Positions 1-11,695 of a DNA stretch of 64,000 nucleotides are shown one piece after another. Location: contig CM082581.2 in assembly GCA_040954595.2 (NCBI GenBank), positions 3,216,699-3,280,698 of the forward strand, given 5' to 3'. How positions within the stretch are numbered: position 1 is the first letter of the stretch; each line of letters begins with the position of its first letter. This DNA is from Balanoglossus misakiensis (taxonomy: Eukaryota; Animalia; Hemichordata). A program made the position numbers and the translations under genes. Under the pieces are notes generated by a model, which was given only the letters and a program-made list of their open reading frames with translations, searched no databases and had not been told where the DNA came from.

Positions 1-2004
1 AAGGCGTCTGGGTAACCGAGACTAATATGTGCCCGGCGAGAGGTTCGCTACACAAAACCAAACGGTGCTTCACCCTTGCCAAATGGTTGAGGGCGCGTCA
101 GTGAAGAGCCATGTTGTAGCGAACCGTGGGCTGTGAGAGAGTCTAGCTGTTCGCTTGCCTGGTTTAAAATGCGCGGCTGTGGTAGAAAATTACCCACTAT
201 GCTTTGCGGCGTGAGACTCCCCGCCCCCAGTTTAGCATTAGTGTACGATGAGAAGTAAATTCTAAAACATACGCCCCCGAAACAACTAACAGTGACAAGT
301 TCAAACGTGACTGTCCTTGACATCAATTCAGTACCATATAACAACATCATGTCTGCTTTGTATTAGTGGTTTATACCCATATCAATACTAACCCGGGGCA
401 CTCGGCTCAAATTTCGTACGTAATCAGATGAATTCTGAATAAAGCGCATCCCACTGAAATTCCTGGCGACATAAACTGTACTTTGGGGAATTCTTTAATA
501 TGCATATTAATACATGATCTGGCCATGTGACCCACGGCATTGTCATTTCCAGACACGTAACATGTATCAGGCATGGTGCCTCATCAGCCTCATGGCATTT
601 CGTCCGCACAGCCGCTGACGCACAACATTGCCCCTCAGCAGAAAATTTGAATACCCACGTAACTGTATCTGACGTCATTTGATACTGAAGAACGGCTTTG
701 GCAGCGTGTGCACATTGGTTATTTTACACCGACCCGGGCCCAGCACGGATGCTACACCGCCGTAAAATGTTCAGTCATATTTATGAGAGATGTCCAGTCC
801 CCTTTTGGCATATGATCCCTAATAGTAACATGTCTTCATGAGGTGAAAGGGAGAATCAAAACCACAACACATTTTATACACAGCCTTTCAGATTGGGTCC
901 GAGTCAAATTACGTATCACATGTTTTGGGCGGTGGATGTATTAGGTGATCAGGACAAATGAAACTTTTGGCTGTAAATAGGGGTAGCCAACTGGTTGATC
1001 CGTTGTATTGCGCACGTTGTGTTGTTCTTCCGATCAGTCGGGGAACAAACCAAGGAGGAACTGTGCACTACCATATTGGAAGCTTTTACTGAGATGTTGA
1101 ACTGCTAAAAGAATTCTCCTGTGAAAATGATGCTTAATACTTACTAGTGTTGATACAAAATTTGCCCAGAAGAATGTTTCAAAATGAGATCAAAACTCAA
1201 TGAATATTCATAACTGACAGTAGTTACATGTATACATGTACCAAACTTTATTGATGAACTTCCTTGCTCACTTTATAATTAAGCCAAAACAAGTCTGGTG
1301 AGCAGCGATGTAAAGATATGCAAAACAGTACATAGAACAGACATGCGTACAAGAATGCTTTAATTTTGGATAAAGTGGAGCATGTTAAAATATCTGAAAG
1401 ATCCCGTCATTTGGCCTGAGCAAGTATAGCAGCCAAACATGTATCTTTTGTTACATGTTGAAGAAGTCTGTCATCTGGAGATTTTTAGCTCAGCTGTCAG
1501 CGACGCATGGTTTATCAGATAGGGGGTTGTCTGACGGCCGGCATGTGTCGACACATGTGTCATCCTCTGAAACCACTGGTCCGATTGCCTTAATTTTAGT
1601 ATATTTAAAAATCTTCTCTGAAACCACTAGTCTGATTGCATTATATGTTGAAAAAGGAAATCACTGTTTGCCTGTGTGCGTCAGTGTCTTTGACAGCAGA
1701 TCCCATAAAGGTGGATGGAAACATAAACACCATTCCCTCGATTATTTGCAGGTATCAATGAAAAAGATCAGAGACAACTTTGTCTGCAACTAGCAGAAGA
1801 AGCTGGTGAGTTTCTTTCCATTGTGGCTACAGGTTTTGTCTTGTCTGAAGTCCTTCCTTTAGAAATAGCCAGATACACGTTCGTTAGATGTGTGGTACTG
1901 GGTACATTGAAGATATTATGACTGCGGGTCTCACTCTCCTCCATTCTTTGATTTAACAGGTTTGGACATTCCGACCATCACAAAGACAGTGGTTGAGAAC
2001 ATTA

Positions 2005-3186
2005 GGGACCGTTCAGTTTTTACGGCAGGGGGGGGGGGGCGGCAAGTTTGTGTCATCGGTTCTCAAAATCAGGCCGACCCCCCCCCTTCACCCAGGACCA
2101 AAAAATGATGACCCCCCCCCCCTTTGACAGACCCAAAAATATGATGACCCCCCCCACGCCCAAAACATTCGCCGTCCTGATCCTATGTACACTGTATGCA
2201 ATAAAGGGAATGAGGCTCCTCACACCTCAATTATATATTTCTTAAAGTATTGTTGACGTATATAATAGTATATCGTTGCAATAAAGAAATCTCTGAACAA
2301 ATTAAAATGACAAGTCAATACAATAGTTGCTAGAATCGGTAAAACAAGAAAAGTGGCGGGGGTGGGCGTGGGAGGGGGTGTCCCCCTCCCACATAAGATT
2401 TTTTTGTAAAATACGGTGCTCAAAGTTGCAATTTAATGAACTCAAAAGCAAATTAACTCAATGTTAGGGAGGACAAATTTTAATTTTGCCACTCCACTCA
2501 AAGTAAGCATCGGGGGTGGGCTGGCAAGAAGTCTTCCCTGGTAAACTAGACAAACCAGTGAATAAATGCAATGTGGCGAAGAATGGAGGGGGTGGGTGTG
2601 GGAGGGGGTGTCCCCCTCCCACATAAGAACATTTTGTAAAATATGTAGCGCAAAGTTGCATTTTAATGAACTCAAAAGCAAATTATCTCAATGTTTGGGA
2701 GGACCAATTTTACTTTATGCCACTCAACTCAAAGTTAGAAGATTTGGCGTCATCTTGTCATGACATTATTTATAAAACTTCTAGTATATACATGTAGAAG
2801 ATGCAGCGCGAAACTATCTGTTATGCAAAATGGTTTAAACAATTTTTCTCCTTTATGTATTCACTTTGTTAAATATTATCATCGGTGGGGTTGGGGTGGC
2901 AAGCACTCTGCCCTGGTACACTAGACAACCCAGCAAAAAATGAAATGTGGCGGAGAATGAAGGGGGTGGGTGTGTCCCCCTCCCACATTAGAAAATTTTG
3001 TAAAATAAAGGGTGCGAAACTGCAATTTTGTGGACTCAATAGCAAAAGTTCGGTGGCAAAAGTATGTGACCCCCCCTAAACGTTTAAAAAAAACAGATGA
3101 CCCCCCTTGTGGACTTCAAAATTTAAGTGACCCCCCCCCCTGGATTTTGCCGCCCCCCCCCCCGGCCGTAAAAACTGAACGGTCCG
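2005..3186. mobile_element. Non-autonomous TIR element (MITE), GGG termini and TWA-type TSD (PIF/Harbinger- or Zator-like), inserted in a Nup107 exon
   Basis: Termini GGGACCGTTCAGTTTTTACGGC(G)n and (C)nGGCCGTAAAAACTGAACGGTCC. Flanks TTA (2002-2004) and GTA (3187-3189); removing the element and one TSD restores AAC ATT AGG ACG. Internal diverged repeats of GGGGGTGTCCCCCTCCCACAT(A/T)AGA at ~2375, ~2605 and ~2970. Confidence 0.85.
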
Positions 3187-3280
3187 GTAGGACGCGAGAT
3201 GATGGAGACGGTGACTTGGAAACCAAGCTGACACCTGCCAGCGAAGCGGCCTTGTCAGAGGTACTTGTACCCACAGAATT

Positions 3281-5125
3281 CTAAATACCAGCAACAAACG
3301 GCGAACTGGCAACATCGTATTTCTTTCATGCCAGCAACGCGTTATCTCTAAAATTGTAACAACGTCACAATGTAATAGACAAAGAGGCGTCCCCCCCCCC
3401 CATCCCAATTGCGCAGTTGAAGTACGTGCGTGTTGAGAGAGAGACGTGAACAGAAAGGGGTAGGAGACTGACTTGAACACGGACGACGAGAGTTGTTTAG
3501 CGTGTCGAACGCTGCTCTACGAAGCTCGTAGTTACCTTCTGACCGGGACATTTGCGCTTGAACGGACTGGGTTCCTCCCGATGGGTTCTTGCCGATTGCC
3601 GCACGCCGGCGGGTATGAAAGTGTGGGACGTCGATCCACCGGCCGGCTGCACTGTTTCCAACATGACCAGCTCCACGCCACTTTGAGCTGCACCGCAGTC
3701 GGATATCCCACCCCGGCTGCCGGACAGCATATGAAGGTGTCTGAGGCCTTTTCTAGTCAAAGTGTACACGTTTAAAACTTTGGGGTTTTCGGAATGGGAA
3801 ATAGCGGAACAAGAACATGGATATATACTAAATCATGAACGCCAAACAAACACGTTGAAAAAGCCAGATCTGAAAAAAATTCATGTGGCGTCCGCCGCTG
3901 GGCGCAGTGACGCGTCAACGTTTTTTTTCAAACAACATAACCTGTCACGATTGCTGCCACAAACAACAAGTTCATGCGTAGGTCGAGAAAGTTCTCAAGC
4001 GGCCAGGTGATCGCGGCAAGGTTAGCGGCTGCCTCGCACGCCCGAATTTGCCACAAAACTATCAGTCCACACAGCAATGCCGTTCAAACTCTTCCGTCGT
4101 ATTTATTTCAACACAAATTCAGAATACAACACGGCAGTTTGGTACGTCGTCTCTATCCTACACTGCTTATTCTCCATTCTCCACGCAGAGACTTGTTGTG
4201 GATAATTCTAGCCTAGCTAGGGGGTCTGACCAATAGCCACTATAGTCTCTGCCACAAGCAAATTTAAATATTCCAAACCGGACCTTCTTTCAGTCCTGCG
4301 CGAGCCCAGTTGGTTCAATAAATACGGCGGACAGTTCCGGGTTTGAGGGGTCGTCGAGGGTGAACGATAGCACTTTCCAAACACCAGTCAAAAACAAATC
4401 ATAGAGTCATAAGCTGCAATAACTTTCGCGATTGCGTCTGAAAAACCTATATAGCAACGGGGGCAGCCATCTTGAATCGTCAATTCACATTTATGTAACC
4501 TAGGGCAGGATCTATGTTTTGCAAGTGTTCACGGATTCGAGGATCGACTTTGAAACTGGTTCATTTTTTAGTTCTCTTATTTTTTTTGGTACAAAATATT
4601 AAACTTAAAAAAGACAGGAAATGCATATTATAGAAAACGCGCAACACCCAAAAAGTGGGTGTAAAATGTCGCCTGTGGCAGAGACTAAATAACGGCTATT
4701 GGTCGGACTCCCTAGCAAGATTAGTCTCTGTGTGGAGAATGCTTATTCTCATCTCAATCTCTAAAATAAGTTCAACAGACGGGATACACTGCAACCCGTG
4801 GCACTAGGAACGTCTCTGCTTCACAGGAATCTACTGACCTGAAGTTGGGGGGGGGGGGGGAACCCAGTCCGTTCAAGCGGAAATGTCCCGGTCAGAAGGT
4901 AACTACGAGCTTCGTAGAGCAGCGTTCGACACGCTAAACAACTCTCGTCGTCCCTGTTCGATTCGACACGTCTCTCTCAACACGCACGTACTTCAACTGC
5001 GCAATAGGGATGGGGGCGCCTCTTTGTCTACTAAATTGAGACGTTGTTACAATTTTAGAGATAACGTTTCGGCCCCCTCAAAGAAAGCCGGTGTTGCAAG
5101 TTTGGCATTTGTTGCTAGTATTCTG
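3281..5125. mobile_element. Foldback-type element with ~290-bp inverted arms and nested inner inverted repeats
   Basis: 3281-3575 is the diverged reverse complement of ~4859-5125 (ORFs 3348-3551(-) and 4883-5203(+) begin with the same 25 aa). Inner inverted pairs at ~4168-4238 and ~4694-4740; innermost unit TAGTCTCTGCCACA...TGTGGCAGAGACTA at 4243-4687. Confidence 0.75.
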
Positions 5126-6742
5126 AACATCGTAGTAATACAGTGTGCCATGTTTTGTCAGGTCCCATTTGGTATATGTATATATACCAGTGAGACCTTA
5201 TGAGATTGGTTGCATCTGTCTGTGTGTATGGATGTTTGTATGTTTTTGGTGTTGCATTCCTGGGACAAGACACCATAAGAGGCAAAATTTGAGATTCTTA
5301 TTTTTTCATTATATATATACATGTACCTAAAAACTGACAGGTTAAGTGTCATAGACTCAATTGACTAATAGCACATGTATGCTGCAATCGCAACAGTTGA
5401 TAATCTTCATCTTATCTCATTGTCGTACATCATACATGTAACATTGCCATCACCAGTGCTTTCACATTTTCTCAATGTCTCTGTATTGACAGGAGGATAG
5501 GCACAAGATAGCAGCCATTGATTGGCTGGTCTTCGATCCATCACAGAGAGCGGAAGCCCAGAAAAAGAGCAATGCTGTCATGCGCACATTCCTAGGTGAG
5601 AAACAGTTTTCAGGTCTCCTCTCGTGCGTACAGAATAGACTAATAGAGTTGTCAAGTAGTGTGAGTGCAAGAAGACTAACTTGAATAATTCGCATATGTC
5701 CTCTCATGCATTGGTTTCATAAAAATGTGATACTGAAAAGCGATACCTTCTAGCAGACTTATGTTGCATTTTAACTTTAACTTATATGAAGAAAGATATT
5801 CGCCAAAAAATGATTTAAGTTTAATTATCTAATGGTGAGTAACATATTAATGAGTATATACATAATAAACAAAAGAAAAGAAAGAAATAAAAGTTGCGCG
5901 TGGTACCGTGGCAACTTGGCTAACACTAAGGGTCTTTCACTTATAGATGATTTTTGCGAGTCTGGACACGACCTCCTGGGCACTTGGCCGGCCAGGCGGG
6001 TCCATATGACAACAGGCGGCGCACAGATCCCGGAATGGATCCGCCTGTAGCACCCTTGAGCCACGCGGCGCCTGGTGATGGTCACCACCAGATCGAGATT
6101 GGAGTATATGAAGGGTGGCTCAAGGGTGGCCATCTCTGCTATGCTACAGCCAAGTGCCCAGATGTCCTTGGCGGTGCTTGTGGCTGGTTTACTGGCCAGG
6201 ACTTCGGGGGCCATATACAATACAGTCCCTCCCCCGGGATATTTGGGGGAGGAGGTTCTCTAGCTGACGCTAAAGTCAGATATTTTAACCTTTAACCCAG
6301 GAATGTTGATCTTCAATTAAAAGGATAAAAAGTCAGATTTCTTACTTGTAATGGCTGAAGTACATGTATCGATTCATACCAGAGCTGTCCTTAGCGCTTC
6401 CATCAATGTAACCATGCATAGTCTAAACTAAATTATGTTTACGGTTAGGTAACGATGGGCATCCATACATGGATGGTGAAAGGGTTTTAACAATAACTTA
6501 ACTATCTAGTTGGTTTGGACGTACCAAGACATTCGACAATTTAACGTCGTTGTGGACGATTCCGATAGCGTGGAGGTGGGCAAGTCCCCTGACCATTTGT
6601 AACATTAGATTGTGTTTTTCAGGCATGGTCATCTGCAAGAAGACAAAACGTGGAAATCATTACATGTGTAAATCATGCGTTTAGACATCATATGATTATA
6701 ACAAATACTCGGCATTGAATAAGAACTGAATATGTCCCTTTA

Positions 6743-7786
6743 AGGGACAGAGTCTCTCTCGCTGCCCCTTGTCCATTAATTATGTTTGGTTCAATACACT
6801 GTTTATGTTATTCTACATGTGGATATACAGTGAATCAATGCTCAACCACACACACCTTCCATCCCGTTTGTAGACAAGAGAGTGAAAAAAACTCGCCAAA
6901 ATGAATAATCGTTCTCTACCATTTATTCATTTCGGGCGAGTTTTTACTCTGTTACGTAGGAGAAGTTTGCTGTTGTTTTGTGACCAGGTGTGTTTTCGCT
7001 TACTTTCGTAATTTGAATATTTGCGTGACCAGGTGTGGTGCATTCATTATTTTTCCCATATAAAAAGTCCGCACGTCGTGTTGCGGCGTAGCTACTAATT
7101 TGGACTTGCCCGTGTGAGCTGTTCTGTTCCTCGCCGGCTTGGAAGCTGTGCCGTATTTCATGCACACTGGTCTGGAAACCGAGCCTAGAAGCCGTGTTGT
7201 TTCGTGCTGCCCTGGTCTGGAAACCGCGCCCAGAAGCCGTGCTACCATGAGGAATTCGTCTGAAAGCCGTGCCGTCTACCGGGGAATTGTGCCAGAACGC
7301 TACTCGGACTGAACGTCACTGTTGGGACTGCCGTGGTGCTGGTCGCGTTCGTCGTGTGCTACGGAGCCTTGGACTTTAGTCTTTTCCATTTCCCACACCT
7401 GGTCACATTTAAGGTAGCCACTTATTTTTGTGCGTTTTTTCAGTGTATAACCATTTTATATTTACTCATGTTTATTTGTAATAATTAAAAAGTTTCCATA
7501 AGCAAGGAAATAACGTGTGGTGTGCCTATTGTTGACCGTCTTTGTTGCGTGCTGCGCTGGTTGGTTCACCAAAGCGAGCCATTCAGTAAGTCTATTTCTG
7601 CTCACTGCCCTGTTTCGGAACTGAACGGCCAGCGTGCCGTAACAACTCTCATATCATAGAAGCGGGAAGGAAGTTGTGTGTGGTTGAACGTTCATTCACT
7701 ACATTATACACATGTACATTAACATAAACGATGTATTGTATCAAACACAATTAATGCGAAAAGGGGCAGCGAGAGACTTTGTTCCT
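6743..7786. mobile_element. Palindromic TTAA-type MITE (AGGGACAAAGTCTCTCTCGCTGCCCC family, Kolobok-like termini), interrupted by a solo LTR
   Basis: Long inverted arms (GGGACAGAGTCTCTCTCGCTGCCCC ... GGGGCAGCGAGAGACTTTGTTCCT). Same family at 32032-32378, 43115-43448 and ~57169-58342. Confidence 0.85.
6950..7644. mobile_element. Solo LTR (695 bp, Gypsy-like)
   Basis: TGTTACG...CGTAACA termini, 4-bp TSD ACTC (6946-6949, 7645-7648). The empty site TTTTACTCTCATATC is present in the sister MITE at ~32231-32245. Confidence 0.85.
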
Positions 7787-9026
7787 TTAGAAAGATACAC
7801 AACATACATGTACTTACAAATTGATGAGCATAAACATATTTTTCCAAGTCCACACCGTCAACGTACTCTATGACCAGAGTCGGTATTCAACCTTTTGTAC
7901 CACTGGCACTGGCGCCAAACAGAGTCAAGACGTTGTCGTGACGTCCCTTGTTGAAAATTTCACTGAACAAAAAAATGAAGGGGGGTATTTTTGTGTTAGG
8001 TGAACGAGACATTAAGCAACAAAAACATGTTGAACTGCTTCGGTTTCTTAATAATATAGACCGTTGTACTTTTAAGCGTCATGAAACATAAGTAGAAAAC
8101 AATTTACTCCTTTTTTTTAATTTGTCATTTTATTTGGTTTTCTTCGTCGGAAACAGAAATAATGCCAATCAAGTTTGACACTGCCAAGGCGTAGGGGGCG
8201 TCAACACGCTTATATTTTATCAGAAGTGCTTTACAGAATGCATTAATTCAATAATTTCTGTGAGAGTGTACATAAAATCGAGGAACATGTATCATCGAGC
8301 ATAAAAACTCCGCAGTTCGTGACAGACTGTTAGAGAGTGGGAACATCTTCCTTTCACGTGATTCCAGTGTCAACGCGTACATTGTGCAATTATATACTAG
8401 TAGTTATGCCTGCGTTGTAGTTGAGTTTTCATGAAAATCATTTTATGTTCGTGGAGTTCGCGTTAGGAGATGGCTGTCCACGTGTACAGTACATGTTACA
8501 TAACAGATTTGTTACCGGTACGCTTGTTTGAACAATTGATGTTCTGTAATTTTAGTACTGCTGTCATGGTTTGAAGCCTACTGATCCTATCAATGGTACT
8601 ACCCCCCTCCCACACCCCACTAATGTTAGACTTAAGCCTACTCTGCTTTTAGCATACTAATACTTACGTCATAATATCAAGCTCATTCTCAACCATTGCC
8701 CTCAACCTTTCCTCATCAATACTGGCATTGTCTTTAGGAATTTTCATCGCTACATCGGAGAATTTCCGCGACTGTTATCTTCGCGAGGAAGACGTTGGCA
8801 AAGTTGCCCTCATCTAGCTCTTTTATGATTGTTATTTGGTCCTCTGTGATGTCTACAATAACAAGTTCAATTCACTTTCACAAAATGATCCCTACATAAG
8901 AGTTCGTTCGTAAGCTTATCTAACCTATGTTTGTATTTTGCCTGTATTCGCGGCAATGTTATCATTTAATTTAATTTATTCACACGCTTTGTAGGTGGAG
9001 TTGGCCTGCTCCATGGTTTCCTATAT

Positions 9027-9077
9027 TACTGGTTACCACGCCGTTGTGATTAAATCACAACGGCGTGGTAACCAGTA
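9027..9077. repeat. Perfect 51-bp palindrome (25-bp arms, 1-nt loop)
   Basis: TACTGGTTACCACGCCGTTGTGATT-A-AATCACAACGGCGTGGTAACCAGTA. Confidence 0.9.
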
Positions 9078-11695
9078 CAGATCTGCAGGTTGGTTATATA
9101 TAGTGATCATTCCTTACCCAAGATTCGTGAGCTGAGAACTTCCTTGTCATTCAGGACCACTGTCCCATTATCGCCATCACGGTCAGAACCAGAAAGACTG
9201 CTGTGCACAAAACAGAATTTTCGAAGAGTTAAATTTCAAGACAAATTCATGTATATGTAGTCTTATCTAGTCTGAAGCCCTGTCCGTATATATTCTACCG
9301 CCGAGAAGCAGTGGTCGGCACAGGAAGTTGTCGCAAGTGACGCCTGCCGGGCAGTCTGGTCAACGAGCGGCGAGAATGGGGCAGGGGGACCAGACTACAA
9401 GTGAAGAAATTTGTCGTCCGCCCCAAGTTGACAAAAACGACTCACCATGTTGTCATGCAGTTCCTCGGTCGACATAATTGAATGAAAATGACAGTGTTCG
9501 TTCGAATGCTCCAACGCACGTACTCTCTCAACCGAGCGATAGAAGGAACGACTTACTTTGCACACAATCCCGCCATTCCACATGCCTCTTCTCCTTCTCC
9601 TCTGCTGTCTTCCATGCCAGCGATGGGATCCATTTTCTTCTCAGTTTGCTGTGTGAGAGCAACGGTTTTCTGTAGTTTGGCACAGACATGAAAAATGGAG
9701 TTGTGTGACCCTTTCACACAGTAAACCCATTGCGCAGAACATTGGGACGAGGAAATTTTAGCGTTTGGATTATGGGCATGCATTATATACATAGCTTCGA
9801 GAAATTGCATGGATATCTACGTTAATGTTATGCACCTGTTCAATAAATACCACAATCGTGTACATGTTATAGTTATGTAACGAAACTACTTTGAGGGTTA
9901 TATTCGGCCAACAAACTAGAAACCGTTGATTCTGCTTTATATAGAAAACTTTAGAGAGAGAAACATATATACATTATATCGTGCGCATATAGATGGCACT
10001 AAAGGAATTATTTGCATAGAAACCAATGAAACTCAACTTACAGTCACAAAAGCTGTGTCTCCGGACATGTCTTTCAACGCTGACGCTCCGACTATTTCCC
10101 TTCCTTCAGGCTTATCAGCGGCTGCCCCGTCACTACAGAGGAAAGACTCTCTGCGCGCGCTTCCCTCCTCTTCCTCAATTCCATTAATTTGTTTCTCTGT
10201 ATAAATCACACATGGACGTGACGATGAAACACAATATCAAGATATTCACGGGTTATGTCGAGTGACGTAGTGTTTTGCTGACATGGTCTCAGAATCACAC
10301 TGTTTGCTAGTTCTTCTGTAATCCCTTTCAGTCGAAAGATTTAGCGTTGTCTGTAGGTTTTGTTAAATTATTCAGAATATTACTGCAAACCATGAACCAT
10401 GGCCGATGTGTGAATGTGGGTGCATGCGCGCGCACATAAAGGGAAACAAACAAACAAACAAACACACACACAAAACACTAACACAAACACAAACAGCAAT
10501 CAGATTTGTTACCTTTCTGGCAGTCTCGCCTTTTAGTTTGCCAAGGTCTCTTCTCACATTCTGTCGTTCCTTGCCGTTTCGCCCGTTCACTCTTTTGCTG
10601 CCTGTAATGCATCCAGTGAGGGAAATGTTGGAATACTAAGTCAATTACTAAAGTTAAATACACCTATAATAAGTTAAAGCTTTTTAAAGAGATTAGAACA
10701 ATTAACTCAAGATTATTGAGTGTCTCACCTTTTTCTGAACTATTTGAAACTTGTGTTTCTTCTGTCCCAATTTCTTCCTTTTGTTTCACTTCCAGATTGC
10801 TTTAATGCATTGGACAAGAACAAAGAAATTTAATGGTCACTAGAGGCGACTCTTTCTTGCGTTTCTGGTTCTTCTTCCTCTTCCTTAACTTGTAGAGGGC
10901 TGAAATATACAGGAAAAGTACGTTGTGTTAGGACAATCAATTTTAATGCAAAATCTTCTGCTTGTCAATAAACTATGTACATGTACCTGTGTACTATTAC
11001 CATTGTTGTCATTGTCGTTGGTTTTTGTTGCTGTTGTTGGATAAAACATTCATCAGTTTTGAGGGGGTTTTCTATACTACATACATGTACGCTACTTTCC
11101 AAAGAGATTAAACACAGCGCACCTTTCGACAGCGATAACTTCTTCATGTGGTACATCTGATACCACAACAGGAACACCCTGCTCTCTCTGACATTCCACC
11201 TGAATGGAATAAAGGTTAATGTGTTTCAGAAAATGGAAGTTATCAGCACATGTTCGATTTTAGATCCCGACTGATGACATCATTTCATGATTGGAGAAAG
11301 TCGACAATGTTCATCTTGACAGGAGAGAGGGGACTTACAAGTGAGCAAATAATGACAAAATAAAAACGTCGATCAATGTTACATGTAGATGACAAAGTTG
11401 GTAAGATTTTGACGTTTTGTTCACATATCCACAAAGGTTTGATGCTGTAGGTCTTGTTTCAATGACAGTGTACACAAAATGATTGACTGAAGATAACACT
11501 CGACTCGCCAAGGGGAAATGAATCAATTTAATGTATTCAAGTATCATTATATTACCTTTTCGTCATTTTTAGAATCCAGAATCATCAGATCATCGAAAAC
11601 CTTCTGGCGCTCAGCACACAGTACAACGACAGCACCACTTTTTCCTCAGTCTTCGATTCTACGGAAAATTGATTTGTTAAATTAATGAAACGTTT

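Larger units (their letters stand above)
892..5595 (+). pseudogene. NUP107: Decayed partial copy of nucleoporin Nup107 (internal exons only)
   Basis: Exon-like blocks: ~892-1094 (YHMFWAVDVLGDQDK*NFWL*IGVANWLIRCIAHVVLFFRSVGEQTKEELCTTILEAFTE, two stops); ~1752-1806 (GINEKDQRQLCLQLAEEA); ~1960-2004 joined to ~3190-3260 ([39 protein letters not shown], split by a MITE); 5493-5595 ([34 protein letters not shown]). They match, in order, recalled Nup107 segments ([40 protein letters not shown]; [26 protein letters not shown]). One intervening exon and all downstream exons were not found. Confidence 0.85.
5937..8852 (-). pseudogene. Protein kinase pseudogene (TKL/Ser-Thr-like catalytic domain, 4 exons)
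   Basis: Exon 8852-8668 ITIIKELDEGNFANVFLA..(frameshift)..VAMKIPK..ENELDIM; exon 7962-7818 EIFNKGRHDNVLTLFG..*IPTLVIEYVDGVDL; exon 6632-6525 MVRGLAHLHAIGIVHNDVKLSNVL; exon 6310-5937 VKISDFSVS*..GTVLYMAPEVL..DIWALGCSIAEMATLEPPF..(frameshift)..DPPGRPSAQEVVSRL. Canonical GT-AG junctions in consistent phase; 2 stops, 2 frameshifts, DFG to DFS. Confidence 0.88.

Noticed and set aside
3348-5203. Two ORFs starting MSRSEGNYELRRAAFDTLNNSRRPCS as duplicated small genes
   Set aside because: By-product of the inverted arms of a foldback element; frames diverge after 25 codons.
6260-7903. In-frame TAG/TGA in kinase exons as readthrough or selenocysteine recoding
   Set aside because: Accompanied by frameshifts and a DFG to DFS change; simple pseudogenisation explains it.
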